Source: an uncultured Candidatus Bathyarchaeia archaeon (GTDB taxonomy: Archaea > Thermoproteota > Bathyarchaeia > RBG-16-48-13 > JAGMEO01). Taken from it: a stretch of 59,740 nucleotides of DNA. Under the pieces are notes generated by a model. It saw only the letters and a program-made list of their open reading frames with translations, ran no database searches and was not told the DNA's origin. Numbering within the stretch: the stretch's first letter is position 1; the number at the start of each line of letters is the position of its first letter. This document shows, one piece after another, positions 8,702 to 19,700 of the stretch. The stretch is from positions 1 to 59,740 of the forward strand of contig CAZTBK010000001.1 of the NCBI GenBank assembly GCA_964611975.1. The letters are read 5' to 3'. Both the position numbers and the translations under genes were made by a program.

Positions 8702-9646
8702 TCAAATTAACGTAACTTTTACGCCTTCCTCTGCAGATCTCAGCGCGGCCTCAGCGACCTCTAAGGCCCTCAGCCCATCGAGGCCTGTGACGCTAGGGGC
8801 TCTATCACTAGCGATGCTCTCCGCGAAGTGTTTCAGCTCAAGCATCAATGGCTCTACCCACTCATGGTTCGGTGTCACCGACCTCTCAGCATCACTGATG
8901 GTGATCCTCTGCGTAATGTAATCAACTGTGGCTATGGCATCGGTCCCAGTTAGAGTCAGCGTCCTTATCTTGTATGGCGTCAGCCAATTGGCTTCCACGA
9001 AGGCCGTCTTGTTTTCACCAAATCCTAGGATTATCTGGGCATAGTCCTCAAACTTATGGCCTATGCTCCCGACCTTGGCATAGACACTCGCCACGTCGTC
9101 CTCGAACAGGAACCTCATTATATCGATGTCATGTATCGCGGAATCCTTCACTACACCGACGTCACCAACCCTCTCAGGCCACCTTCCAACCCTCCTAGCG
9201 AACGCCAGTACAATCTCACCGAGCATCCCATCGTCGATCAGCCTCTTGGCCCTCTGGACGCCTGGGTTAAACCTCTCTATAAATCCAGTCATCAGGTAAA
9301 CCCCTTTCCGTTCAGCTGCTCCTAAAACCTCCTTGGCTTCCTTGGAAGATCTCGCCATCGGCTTCTCAACCAGAATGTGCTTTCCAGCCTCTATCGCCTC
9401 TAAAGCGATCTCATGATGGGTAATCGTTGGCGTACATATGCAGACGGCATCTATGTCCTCCCTCCTCAGAAGGTCACTACTCTCAGTGTACCAGCTTACG
9501 CCATATTTTTCACCAACGCCCCTCGCTCTGGCTCGATCCACATCGCATACAGCGACTAGCTCAGCGCTCTCTATCTCTGACAAAACCCTCGCGTGATTCC
9601 GTCCCCAAAAACCAACTCCTATAACTCCGAACCTGGCCCTCTTCAA
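8702..9646 (-). CDS. Gfo/Idh/MocA family NAD-dependent sugar oxidoreductase (WbpB / UDP-GlcNAc(A) 3-dehydrogenase-like)
   Basis: GVIGVGFWGRNH Rossmann start and EKP motif (ILVEKPMA). Overlaps the upstream sugar dehydrogenase stop by 4 nt. Confidence 0.8.
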   Translation of the reverse strand: MKRARFGVIGVGFWGRNHARVLSEIESAELVAVCDVDRARARGVGEKYGVSWYTESSDLLRREDIDAVCICTPTITHHEIALEAIEAGKHILVEKPMARSSKEAKEVLGAAERKGVYLMTGFIERFNPGVQRAKRLIDDGMLGEIVLAFARRVGRWPERVGDVGVVKDSAIHDIDIMRFLFEDDVASVYAKVGSIGHKFEDYAQIILGFGENKTAFVEANWLTPYKIRTLTLTGTDAIATVDYITQRITISDAERSVTPNHEWVEPLMLELKHFAESIASDRAPSVTGLDGLRALEVAEAALRSAEEGVKVTLI

Positions 9647-11019
9647 AATCTACCACGCCCTATCTCTCGATAAATGATCCATTTTCTGTTTACTTCCCTA
9701 AAGTCAAGAATATGACAGCCGTCCACGATGACAACAGGCTTCTTAACGAACTTCTCAATTTCATCGATCTTTAAATCCTTAAACTTGTCATGCGCCACCG
9801 CGAAGAGTATGCAATTAACATTTTCGATGGCCTGCCAAGGCCCACTTGCTGCGTTGTATCCCATTTCTCTAATCTCATCTACGGTGAAGTATGGATCATA
9901 AACGCTAACTTTAGCGCCCTTCTTCACCAGCCTTTTTATGATCTGGTGAACTGGAGATCCCCTAGCCTCCTTAACATTTGCCTTGTAAGAGAGCCCGAAG
10001 ACGGCGATCCTGGACCTCCTTAGGGTCCTTCTGCACATCCTTAACCCATCGATAATAAGGTCGACTGTGTGCATAGGCATCCTATCGTTGATTTTCCTAG
10101 CAACCTTAGGTAGCGCAAGCTTAACCCCAACGCGTTCAGCCTCTTTGATCAAGAAATAAGGGTTTATGGGGATGCAGTGGCCACCGACTCCTATGCCAGA
10201 TGTGTGAATGTGCGAGAATGGTTGGGTGTTCGCCGCCCTCTTAGCCTCCTCAAAGTTTATTCCAGCCCTCTCGCAGAAGATCGCCAACTCGTTCGCGAGG
10301 GCGATGTTCACATCCCGATAAACGTTTTCAAAGAGTTTTATGGCTTCAGCTGTTTTTATATCATGGACCTCGATGATCCTGCCCTTAATTATGGTGCTTA
10401 AAACCGCGCTAGCGACCTTAAAACTACGCTCGTCCAGCCCAGCAACCACCCTTGGATAGCTCTGTATGTCCCTCAAGACGTTGCCAGAGGATGCCCTTAT
10501 CGGACTATAGGCTAAACCGAAGTCTCTGCCAGCTTTAAGGCCAGAAGCCACTTCGATCGTTTTCTCAACCAGATCCTCTGTTATCCCCGGTCCTACGGTG
10601 CTCTCAAAGATAATTAGGCGCCCTTTTCTCAGCTTTAATCCTATGTCCTTACAGACCTTCCTAACAGCCGAGTAATCAGGCGCCTTTCTCCTATCGATCA
10701 GAGTTGGGACTATGATTACGATCACATCACTTTCGAGGGCTGCCTTCCCAGCATCGTCTGTGGCGATGAGCTTTCCAGCCTCTACGTGCTTCCTCACTAA
10801 CCGTTGTAACCCTGGCTCTTCAACATGGCTCTTTCCACTGTTAATGGTTTCAATAACATATTTATTCACATCCACACCAATGACGTTGGCCCCAGCCTCA
10901 GCAAACAGACAAGCGGTTGGCAACCCCATCCAGCCAAGTCCATAGACACCGATGGTCAGCTCCCCGTACTTTATCGCATTTTTGATGCTTTCCGGATCCA
11001 GATTCATGATGTTTTTCAA
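9643..11019 (-). CDS. UDP-N-acetyl-D-mannosamine / UDP-N-acetyl-D-glucosamine 6-dehydrogenase (WecC/WbpA type)
   Basis: GLGWMGLPTA Rossmann motif and catalytic GVGGHCIP. 458 aa, typical of the nucleotide-sugar dehydrogenase family. Confidence 0.85.
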   Translation of the reverse strand: MKNIMNLDPESIKNAIKYGELTIGVYGLGWMGLPTACLFAEAGANVIGVDVNKYVIETINSGKSHVEEPGLQRLVRKHVEAGKLIATDDAGKAALESDVIVIIVPTLIDRRKAPDYSAVRKVCKDIGLKLRKGRLIIFESTVGPGITEDLVEKTIEVASGLKAGRDFGLAYSPIRASSGNVLRDIQSYPRVVAGLDERSFKVASAVLSTIIKGRIIEVHDIKTAEAIKLFENVYRDVNIALANELAIFCERAGINFEEAKRAANTQPFSHIHTSGIGVGGHCIPINPYFLIKEAERVGVKLALPKVARKINDRMPMHTVDLIIDGLRMCRRTLRRSRIAVFGLSYKANVKEARGSPVHQIIKRLVKKGAKVSVYDPYFTVDEIREMGYNAASGPWQAIENVNCILFAVAHDKFKDLKIDEIEKFVKKPVVIVDGCHILDFREVNRKWIIYREIGRGRF

Positions 11020-11845
11020 GGTCTAAGCCCTTCTGTCCAGCCTCCTTTCAGGATTCGCCATAAGCATCTTAAAGTGCTTATGAACGAGAGGGCTATATGT
11101 ATTTTAGGCTTTTATCTAAAAAAGCTTAAAATTAGTCTAATCGAGTATTTAACTCCTTAACGGATGGATAGTTAAGAAAAATGAGAATTTGGGTGAGTAT
11201 GCTGACGTCTGGAGACATTCCCCGCAAATCCCCTCTTTTTCTACCATGTTTTGTGGGCTTTCAGGATCGCGCAGGCCTTGTTTGGGTCTCCGTCTACGAA
11301 GCTGATTGAAAATTTTCAGAAAATGCAAGTTTAATGGTAATGAGGGAAAAATCATGGTAAGGCTTATTAAAGCTAGTAATGACGATATCTCCGCAATCCC
11401 CACACCTTTTTTTTTGTGAGATCGCCGTCGTGCGTGCAACTGTTATTTTTCTAAAAACTTAGAGGATTCCCCATCGGTCGATGGTTGACCAAACACCTGA
11501 CAGGACTATGAATAAGCCCAGATAGCTGGAGAACTGGCCAAAGGGTGGGAGCCAGCGACCGGGCCGATCAGCAAACACAGCCAACCCAAAATCCTCATAG
11601 CAGGCCCTGAGTTCAAGATAAAACACCTAAAGCCTATGGGATCAGTTGGACCGCTGGCCAGATCGTCTGGGGGCTACACACCTAGTGGCCAAGCGTGGAT
11701 TGAGTACCGACACCTATACAACACAAACCAGATCGAGAGGAGGTACTGGGTGCTCACAGAGAACGAGATATACTGGGGCATATCCGAGCCAGCAGAGATA
11801 CCCGGACAAGTATGGATAGACGAGCCCAACGACCAGTCCTCGGTT

Positions 11846-12517
11846 CTACGCGTGCTTACGTTTCAAAAAATAAATAGCAGCTATTGCGACGCATAGGGGG
11901 ACGGCTAACGCAACCATTTTCACTGTATCCGTAAAAATTTCTTTCTCTCTTTGCCACATGTTCGTGCTTATCATCCCCGCTTTGTAACGCAATCCTCTGG
12001 CACTAAATGTTACGTTTACCATGAATCCTGTGGCTCTATCGTAATATAGGTCTATACAATAATACGATGAGCCGCCATAGGGGCTTTCGTATATGTGTAG
12101 ATAAATCACTTCTCGAATCATGCCGGCAACAAACCTCTCAGAAACGTTCTCTATTACAGGCGCGTCCTCGGCATCGTAGATCCTGTCACCTTCATCCAGA
12201 GAGCTAGCAATAATCATAGGATAGTACCCCCAACGCTCAAACGGGTCGAGCCAACGGGTTGATTTAACATCCGTTGAATAATTCCCCGATAACACGCCCG
12301 TAACTTGATATCGTATATCAGTGCCGTTAATTGCGGTTATTGTAACTTTGAAATTCTCAGTTTCGCGAGCGCCGATAATTTTGTATTCATATATCGCCCA
12401 GTCGCCGACCTTACAACCAACCTTATATTCCTGTGAAGCAACGGAGATTATTGGTAGAGATAATAAAATTGATAAAATTAGGGACGCGTGAAAAATTAAA
12501 CCCTTAATTCTCAACAT
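11846..12517 (-). CDS. Hypothetical secreted protein with C-terminal membrane anchor
   Basis: N-terminal signal-like LIFHASLILSILLSLPIISVA and C-terminal TM VALAVPLCVAIAAIYFLKRK. N-x-S/T sequons present. Confidence 0.5.
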   Translation of the reverse strand: MLRIKGLIFHASLILSILLSLPIISVASQEYKVGCKVGDWAIYEYKIIGARETENFKVTITAINGTDIRYQVTGVLSGNYSTDVKSTRWLDPFERWGYYPMIIASSLDEGDRIYDAEDAPVIENVSERFVAGMIREVIYLHIYESPYGGSSYYCIDLYYDRATGFMVNVTFSARGLRYKAGMISTNMWQREKEIFTDTVKMVALAVPLCVAIAAIYFLKRKHA

Positions 12518-12909
12518 GTTATCGAATGTGAAGAATGCTTCACTTATATTTAATTACTCTGATCTAAAATCTCGTCGATTGATTTGCAGCCCAGAGTCCG
12601 ATGTCGCCATGTCTGTATTCTTAGTTGCTCAGGTAATCTCAACAACCATCGCTGAAGGTGAAAACCCAGCCAACAACCTTCACGCGCTAGCTAGCTGGGC
12701 TTTCGCGTCCGGTCACCGCCTTCCTTATGCTAATCTTCGTATTTGACCTCTTTTTTGCTCAAGCACTTGCACTCCACACTTCTCGTTTTTTGAAAGATCT
12801 TGCCGTCACCAATAAAGCGTACGGGGCCGCGTAACCCAGAACGCAAAAAAATTAAATGTGCAACAAAGCATATATACACTAACTTATTTGACGAATGAAG
12901 GGTATTTAG

Positions 12910-13311
12910 ATGCCTGGTTGGGGAAGAAGCTTTGTCGTGGCTTTTAAGGCCTGGGTAGTCGGACTACTTCTAGGTTTAGTGTTCACCATCGTATTTGGGT
13001 TTATGGGCTATAGAATGATCAGCGGGGCCATCGTAATCCTGCCGCACGAGCCATACCTTCAGATCAACTATGGGGCAGCTATTCTCGGCATCGTCCTTGC
13101 CCTCATTGGTGTGCTCCTAGCCAGCCTAAGCGCGTACGTAGCCCTGGTCAAGTACGTAGTTGAAGAAAGCGTTAAAGAGGCCGGGCTCAGAGCCCCTCCA
13201 TCAACGCTACCACCAGTGGCACAAACAAGGATTTGCCCGCAATGCGGTAGACCAGTGATGAGGGGCTCGGAATTTTGCCCATACTGCGGAGCAAAGCTAA
13301 CCTCCACATAA
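12910..13311 (+). CDS. Membrane protein with C-terminal zinc-ribbon
   Basis: Three hydrophobic segments followed by CPQCG...CPYCG. Confidence 0.55.
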   Translation: MPGWGRSFVVAFKAWVVGLLLGLVFTIVFGFMGYRMISGAIVILPHEPYLQINYGAAILGIVLALIGVLLASLSAYVALVKYVVEESVKEAGLRAPPSTLPPVAQTRICPQCGRPVMRGSEFCPYCGAKLTST

Positions 13312-13318
13312 TTTTTAA

Positions 13319-13465
13319 ACTCTCGACCGTAGCGTACAGCAGTTAGACCACTCTTCAGCAAGCAGAACGGAGAGTTCACATGAAGAGGTCGCGAAGCTCC
13401 TCGAGGTCGGCCTCGAGTACATCTGCGAGAAGGACGGGCTGCTCTTCTTTAGGAAACGGAAATAA
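13319..13465 (+). pseudogene. Startless reading-frame relic ending ...EEVAKLLEVGLEYICEKDGLLFFRKRK
   Basis: Open frame with no ATG/GTG/TTG. The tail resembles a C-terminal motif I recall from small archaeal proteins (..AGFEYV.E.DG.KLFRKRK). Confidence 0.2.
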
Positions 13466-13506
13466 GGCGATAAAACACAAATCGGCATGAAGGTCTGTGG
13501 GAAAAA

Positions 13507-14583
13507 ATGAGAGTTTGGATGGACATACTGACGCCAAAACAAGTCCTTTTCTTAGGGAAGCTAAGTCAGAGGCTCGAGGAAGAGGGGCATAAGGTGATGA
13601 GGACGACTAGAAAGTATCGCGAGGTAAACGAGCTCCTTGAACTGAAGGGTATAAGCGCTGTTGTGGTCGGAAGACATGGAGGAGCAAGCCTCAAGGGAAA
13701 GTTGATTGCGAGTTCACGTAGAATACTCGAGCTGGCCAGTATAGTAGATAAATTTAAGCCGGACGTCTCAGTAGGGTTCGCATCACCAGAGGCCGCGCGC
13801 ACGGCCCTTGGTCTAGGCGTGCCGCATTATACGATAAACGATTCCCCACACTCAGAAGCGGTCGCTTTATTGACTATACCTCTCTCAAAGAAGCTCTTTT
13901 CACCGAAAATCATACCGATAAAGGCGTGGCTAAAGCTTGGCGTGAGCCCAAAGAAGATCATCCGGTATGATGCCTTAGATCCAATAGTATGGCTGAGGGA
14001 CTTCCGTCCAGACATAAAGGTATTGGATGAACTCGGGTTAGATGAATCCACCCCCATTGTGGTTTTTAGAGCCGAAGAATCCTTTGCATCATACCTCCTA
14101 GGCAAGGTCCCGAAAAATGGATCGGTGACCGTGCCCATGATCAACAGCCTGATTGAGAGACTGGGGAAATCGGTCCAGATCGTTTTCCTATCAAGATATC
14201 GAACTCAGATGGAGCTTGCGGAAAGGAAGCTCCGCAAGGGGGTGATCATCCCGGAGAGGATAGTGGATGGGCCTAGTCTTCTGCACTTCTCGTCCGTTTT
14301 CGTGGGGGCAGGGGGGACGATGACGGCGGAGGCCTCGCTCATGGGAGTTCCGACAATAACGTGCTATCCAGGTGAACCTACGTTCGTTGATAAATATCTT
14401 ATCAGAAAGAGGCTCTCTTATCGACTGACAAACCCTGAGGATGTGGTAAGGAAGATTATACAAATTCTAGAGGATGCAGAAGGCTTCCGCAAAAAATTCC
14501 AGAGAAGGGCAATGGCGGTAACGTCTAAGATGGGGGATCCTCTGGAGATCATCGTGAAAACGATTGAAAAAGGGGCCCCCTAG
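13507..14583 (+). CDS. DUF354 domain protein (GT-B/epimerase-like, glycosylation-cluster associated)
   Basis: MRVWMDILTPKQVLF start and GGTM..EA..GVP motif, typical of DUF354. Confidence 0.7.
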   Translation: MRVWMDILTPKQVLFLGKLSQRLEEEGHKVMRTTRKYREVNELLELKGISAVVVGRHGGASLKGKLIASSRRILELASIVDKFKPDVSVGFASPEAARTALGLGVPHYTINDSPHSEAVALLTIPLSKKLFSPKIIPIKAWLKLGVSPKKIIRYDALDPIVWLRDFRPDIKVLDELGLDESTPIVVFRAEESFASYLLGKVPKNGSVTVPMINSLIERLGKSVQIVFLSRYRTQMELAERKLRKGVIIPERIVDGPSLLHFSSVFVGAGGTMTAEASLMGVPTITCYPGEPTFVDKYLIRKRLSYRLTNPEDVVRKIIQILEDAEGFRKKFQRRAMAVTSKMGDPLEIIVKTIEKGAP

Positions 14584-14834
14584 GTCTTCTCTTTGTAAGC
14601 CTTTTTAAAAACTCTCCAAAAAAGCACACATTCGACTTTTCTCCAGAGCCAGAGCCAGAGAATAACTGATAGAGCTCCTGCGCCTACTTTCATCACTCCA
14701 GTAAGCAGTGCACCTAAGGGGGAGTTAGCCTCTAGGGTCAGAGGTACGATGACCTGAAGGATCAGCCACAGCTCGAAGAGCATAAAAATCCAAACGAAGA
14801 GCAGGACGCCAAATAACCACGCGATCTTTTTCAT
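14580..14834 (-). CDS. Small two-TM membrane protein
   Basis: 84 aa, two hydrophobic helices. Start lies 1 nt after the AglH-like stop, so it is probably co-transcribed. Confidence 0.45.
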   Translation of the reverse strand: MKKIAWLFGVLLFVWIFMLFELWLILQVIVPLTLEANSPLGALLTGVMKVGAGALSVILWLWLWRKVECVLFWRVFKKAYKEKT

Positions 14835-14835
14835 A

Positions 14836-15825
14836 CTACATCATCATAAACATCGTTAAGAACGACAAGAGACCTGAGAAGGCGGTAAGCAGAAAGAAGC
14901 AATGGACGACTTCTTCCTCTCTCATCGGACCCACGGCCAAAATCGTCCTCGTCAATGTTAAGGGGGAATTTGGGTCCGAGCTTGCGGCCAACCTACCGTC
15001 GTCTAACACGCGTATGGGCCTTGCCGGTATCTGCCTCCTCTCATAGAAGCCACCTACACTGGCCAAGAAGTAAAAGCCATTCATTATGTGGGGCATCATC
15101 GCCGTGACCCCGATGGCCTCTATGCGCCCAAGCACGACCAACGCCCCAATGGCCGCCCCAACAGCCAGATCGCCAACGTTGCCGGGAAAAACCCTGGATG
15201 GAAATTTATTATAATGGTAGAAGGCGAGCAAAGATCCCAATAAGCTAGCTCCCAAGATCGCAGCATTCCAATGACCTAGCATTGCTGCGGAAATCGTCAA
15301 GACAAACACGACGATGCTGCACGTGCCGCTCATAACACCATTTAATGTGTCCATCATATTCACGGCATTAGATGGAACGGCTATGGCAAGTGGTATCAAA
15401 AGTCGATAGACGATCGTCAACCTAACCCTGCCGATGAGGGGCAAAAGAGGGCGGGGGTCATAGGCACCCGTCAGAAGGATGGGAAAACTAGCAAGAGCTG
15501 TTAGTAAGGGCTTAATCCTTGGTCCTAAGCGTTTCAGATCGTCGACGGCACCGACCATCCCCGACAGCAAGACTACCGAGAGAAAGGTCAAGAAATCAAC
15601 AGCGTACTTCCATAGAATTATAAGAGAGACCAATGTGGAAACGATTAACCCGATCAAGATGCTGATGCCACACATCTCTGGCACTTCAGGTTTGTGCTGT
15701 TTGTGGACATCCACGCCGACCATCCCCTTTTTCCTCATTCTCTCAGCAATTAATGGGGTGAAAATTAAAGTGATCAGAGCACTGACCAGTGACGCGACGA
15801 CGGCTGTAAAAATCTCTGTGAACAT
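14836..15825 (-). CDS. UDP-GlcNAc:dolichyl-phosphate GlcNAc-1-phosphate transferase (MraY/WecA/AglH family)
   Basis: About 10 TM segments. DDL motif (GAVDDLKRL) and NAVNMMDTLNG motif of the polyprenyl-phosphate HexNAc-1-P transferases. Confidence 0.8.
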   Translation of the reverse strand: MFTEIFTAVVASLVSALITLIFTPLIAERMRKKGMVGVDVHKQHKPEVPEMCGISILIGLIVSTLVSLIILWKYAVDFLTFLSVVLLSGMVGAVDDLKRLGPRIKPLLTALASFPILLTGAYDPRPLLPLIGRVRLTIVYRLLIPLAIAVPSNAVNMMDTLNGVMSGTCSIVVFVLTISAAMLGHWNAAILGASLLGSLLAFYHYNKFPSRVFPGNVGDLAVGAAIGALVVLGRIEAIGVTAMMPHIMNGFYFLASVGGFYERRQIPARPIRVLDDGRLAASSDPNSPLTLTRTILAVGPMREEEVVHCFFLLTAFSGLLSFLTMFMMM

Positions 15826-15916
15826 CGTTAACCACGGAAAAATCGTTAACTACTTCTGATATGGAGAAATTAGCTCATATTTATCTCTGTATGGTAGTAG
15901 AGTTAAGGGGTTAAAT

Positions 15917-16669
15917 ATGAGGCGACCCGAAAGGATTTACATAGTCATCCCAACATATAACGAGAAGGAGAACATTAAGCGGCTAATACCCAAAATAGAG
16001 GCCATAAGAGAAAGCGTACGCCTGAATTTGCGAATAATCGTTGTAGATGATGCGAGCCCCGATGGGACAGCTGAAGAGGTTGAGAGGCTCGCCAGAAAGT
16101 ATGGCAATATAACTGTAATTCGAAGGCCTGGAAAACTCGGCATCGGGAGTGCCTATAAGGATGGTTTTCGAGCTGCCCTAAATATGGGAGCTGATATAAT
16201 AATAGAGATGGATGCCGACCTCTCTCACGATCCCAAATATCTGCCTACGCTAATAGACGAGGCCAGCAAAGGCAAAGACCTCGTAATAGGCTCGCGATAT
16301 ATATCAGGTGGATCGGTACCTGGTTGGTCATTCAAAAGAGAGCTGATAAGTAAAGTGGCAAACCTCTACGCAAAGACCTTACTGGGACTGAAGCCCAAAG
16401 ATGTGACTAGCGGGTATCGTGCCTTTCGGGCCGAAGCCCTGATGAAGGCAGATTATTCAGCGGTAAAGTCTGAGGGGTATCTTTTCCAAGTAGAAGTTGT
16501 CTATCGCTTTAAACAAAAGAACTTGCGAGTCTCTGAAATACCGATCTCATTTACAGATAGACGGGCAGGCAAGTCCAAGCTCGGTGCGCTGGAGATCCTC
16601 AAGTTCGCAGTAGGAATCCTTTACCTCTTTTTAGAGAGAGCAGTCTATAGAGCCGCACAAACGATGTAA
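15917..16669 (+). CDS. GT2 dolichyl/polyprenyl-phosphate mannosyl(glycosyl)transferase (Dpm1-like)
   Basis: VIPTYNEKENI, VVDDASPDGT and EMDADLSH motifs. Confidence 0.85.
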   Translation: MRRPERIYIVIPTYNEKENIKRLIPKIEAIRESVRLNLRIIVVDDASPDGTAEEVERLARKYGNITVIRRPGKLGIGSAYKDGFRAALNMGADIIIEMDADLSHDPKYLPTLIDEASKGKDLVIGSRYISGGSVPGWSFKRELISKVANLYAKTLLGLKPKDVTSGYRAFRAEALMKADYSAVKSEGYLFQVEVVYRFKQKNLRVSEIPISFTDRRAGKSKLGALEILKFAVGILYLFLERAVYRAAQTM

Positions 16670-16745
16670 TCCTTAAAAATTAATAGTGAAGGTAACGAAT
16701 GGCCTATCAGCTATCCAAAAAGGTGACCAAAACTTGTCAAAAGCG

Positions 16746-19700
16746 ATGCCAATACTATTGATGTTGCTCTTAGCTCTCAGCCTCTTCAGCAGCTCGTTCG
16801 CTTCTGTTAAAGCGGCCGCCGAGGAGGGGATGGAGAATGCTAAGCAAGGATTCTCCAACGTCGACACGCCAGCATTTATCGTAGCGAATGGCAAATCATT
16901 CGCCGTCTTGCACAGGGTTTGGAGCCCAAAGCTCAAGAATTGGGGGACGTGGGAGCTCGCGGAGTTCTGCCCTTACAGCAGAATGAGGCTAGGCAAGGAC
17001 TTTGAGACTTGGGGTTACGCTTACAGCGTATCAGAAGCTTACTTCGGGGTGAGATACACAAGGGACGGGATCACCTTCTTCGAGTGGTCGAACGACTTCC
17101 CAAACATCGAATACGCCGATTACGAGCCTAAAGCCCCAGTTGTAAATATCAATATGAGCGCACCTGTTGATCCAGAGATCAGGCTTTCATGGGTCTTCTT
17201 TGCTTCAGAAGAAGACGATGGCGTGGTATGGGGGGCTGAGGTGACCAACCTCGCAAGTAGCAGACTAAGCGATGTCAAGCTTTACTTTAACTTCGATGCG
17301 TTAATCAACAACAAACGTAGTGATTTCGTATGGCATGAAGACAAGCTCGCTTACACCATAGAAAGACGAGAGCTGGGCATCTATGTTGGCATATCTTCTT
17401 GGACCCCACCGGACGTCCATCATCATGGTTTGAACACCAAGCAAATGATTTACAACGATGCCCTAAGAAACACTACGGGGCGTGCTAACGTTGACTCATG
17501 CGGCTTCGAATGGACATTAGGGACTCTACAACCCAATGAGTCATCTAAGAAAGTTTTCCTCTTTATCACTTTGGGCAATGACGCCGAGGATGTTCTTAGA
17601 AAAGTTCAAGAAGCCAAGCGAAAGCCACCAAGTCAGCATCTCGAGTTTACAAGAGATTTCTGGAGCGAATGGTTGGGAAAAGCCTCATTCGAATCACCTG
17701 ATCCCTACTTGAACAGGATGTTTGACCTCTCACTGATGTTCTCGCTTATGGGAATTCACAGACCTTCAGGAGCAGTAATAGCTTGCATGGACGGGGCTCA
17801 CTGGATGAGGTGGGGTGGAGAGAGGCCGTACTCACGATGGGAATTCCATCCTTATTACCTACACGTGTGGATCAGGGACCTGATCTTCTTCAGCATGGAA
17901 TTTGATCTATTAGGGTACGTGGAGGAAGCGAGGAACGCGTTACTCTTTGCTAGGAATGTTCAAAATCCAGATGGCTCATTCTACACGAACTATGAAGTCG
18001 ACGGCTCAGTCGCGAACACGGCCCCGGATGAGACGGATCAGACCGCCCTTTATGTTTATGGGTTGTACCTGCATTACTGCGCAACTGGTAATATGAGCTT
18101 CTTAGAGGAGACGTGGGAATCCATACGGCGGGCGTGCGTTTTCCTCATGAGCAGACAGAGCTCTAAAGGGTTAATCTATGGTCAAGCGTCGATACATGAG
18201 TGGCCGGGAGTGAGTGAGGGGTATGAGGCATGGACGCAAGCCTGTGGTTATGCGGCCTTAAAATCAGGGGCGAGAATGGCACTAGTTTTGGGGCATCTCT
18301 CAGAAGCCTCAGAATGGGAGGATGCGGCGGAGAGATTAAGGATCGGTACATGTGTTCATCTGTGGAACTCGACGATGGGTTCCTTCTGCCAGAGGCTCTT
18401 CAACGGAAAACAGTTCATGTGGGCTGATGTTAAGATGCTCGCCCCATCCCTCTTTTTCATCCCCATCCTTAACGCATCCGACCCTAAAATGATGAGGACG
18501 TACGACTTTCTGGTTCAACGTCTGGACGATCCCTACATAGGTGGAATATGGCGTTATGAAAGGGATGCCGGTGAGCCGACGGTCCCTGAGAAATATAACG
18601 GGGGATATGGGCCATGGTTTATATACACCTGTTGGTCTGCCCTGAACAGGATGGCTGCCGGTAGGGTTGATGAGGCGCTCAAGTGGATCGATTGGTGCAA
18701 AACCCATGCTACGGCCCAGGGTTTATTCTCAGAGCATATATCCACTTCAGAGTGGCATTACTTGTTCCAGAACCCAGCCAATGCAACCCGATCATACTAT
18801 GGGATAGGAACATTTGGGGGATGGTTCGCTCTGACGTTGGCTTCACTGTTCATCAAGTTAACAGATCATTCCGGTTTAACCTTGCGCCCAATCATCCCAT
18901 CTTATTGGGATTCGATGAACTTGACTTTCATGTATAGAGGGACCACGTTTACCCTTAACGTGAGAGGCCACGGGTTCATAGATGAAATAGCGATCGATGA
19001 CCGACTTGTCCAAAGCCTTCGGATACCAAGTGAATTTTGTGACAAGGGGCGTCATGTAGTATCAATAAGTTTGAATCCCTCCTTGAAATCACCATATATT
19101 GAGGATGCGCCTCTCCTGAACATCCGATATTCCTCTTATAACTCTGAGTATGATGCTTTGAATTTAGAGTTAGATGCGCCATATCTCAGCGATCAATCCA
19201 TACGAGCTGTCTCGGCGGAAGAGCCCATAGTCGTTTATGTGAATGGCATCCCATCCCCGCAATCCAAATCCCTAAACATATTATTCCACCACGTCGGCTG
19301 GACGTACAATGAAACTGAGCGTCGGTTGTATCTGAAGGTCAGAGGGTCCGCGAATCCACTTAACGTCACCATGATGTTCGGACACTCACTAGACGTAAAG
19401 ATTGTTGACCATTATGATGGTGCATTAGGGGGCTCCATAGTTACGGTTTACTGGCTTAACGGCACAAGAATTCGATCACAACAAACTGATGATGAAGGCA
19501 TGGCGCACTTTCATCACTTACGAGGAGGGATTTACAAGATACGAGCAGAGTATAAAGGGATACATTATGAGTCCACAGTTGCTGTTGAGGCGCCCATCGT
19601 GAAATTTACAGCTAAACTCGAAATTATAGGTTTTCTGTTCGGGATGCCCGTAACCAAGCTAGCTGCTGACTTTATGTTGATCATAATGATGACGTTTGTT

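Noticed and set aside
11149-11896. ORFs 11149-11439 (-) and 11636-11896 (+) as genes
   Set aside because: They have arginine-rich or low-complexity translations. The second overlaps the 3' end of the better-supported 11846-12517 gene. Neither has motifs. The region may contain decayed sequence, but I cannot support a call.
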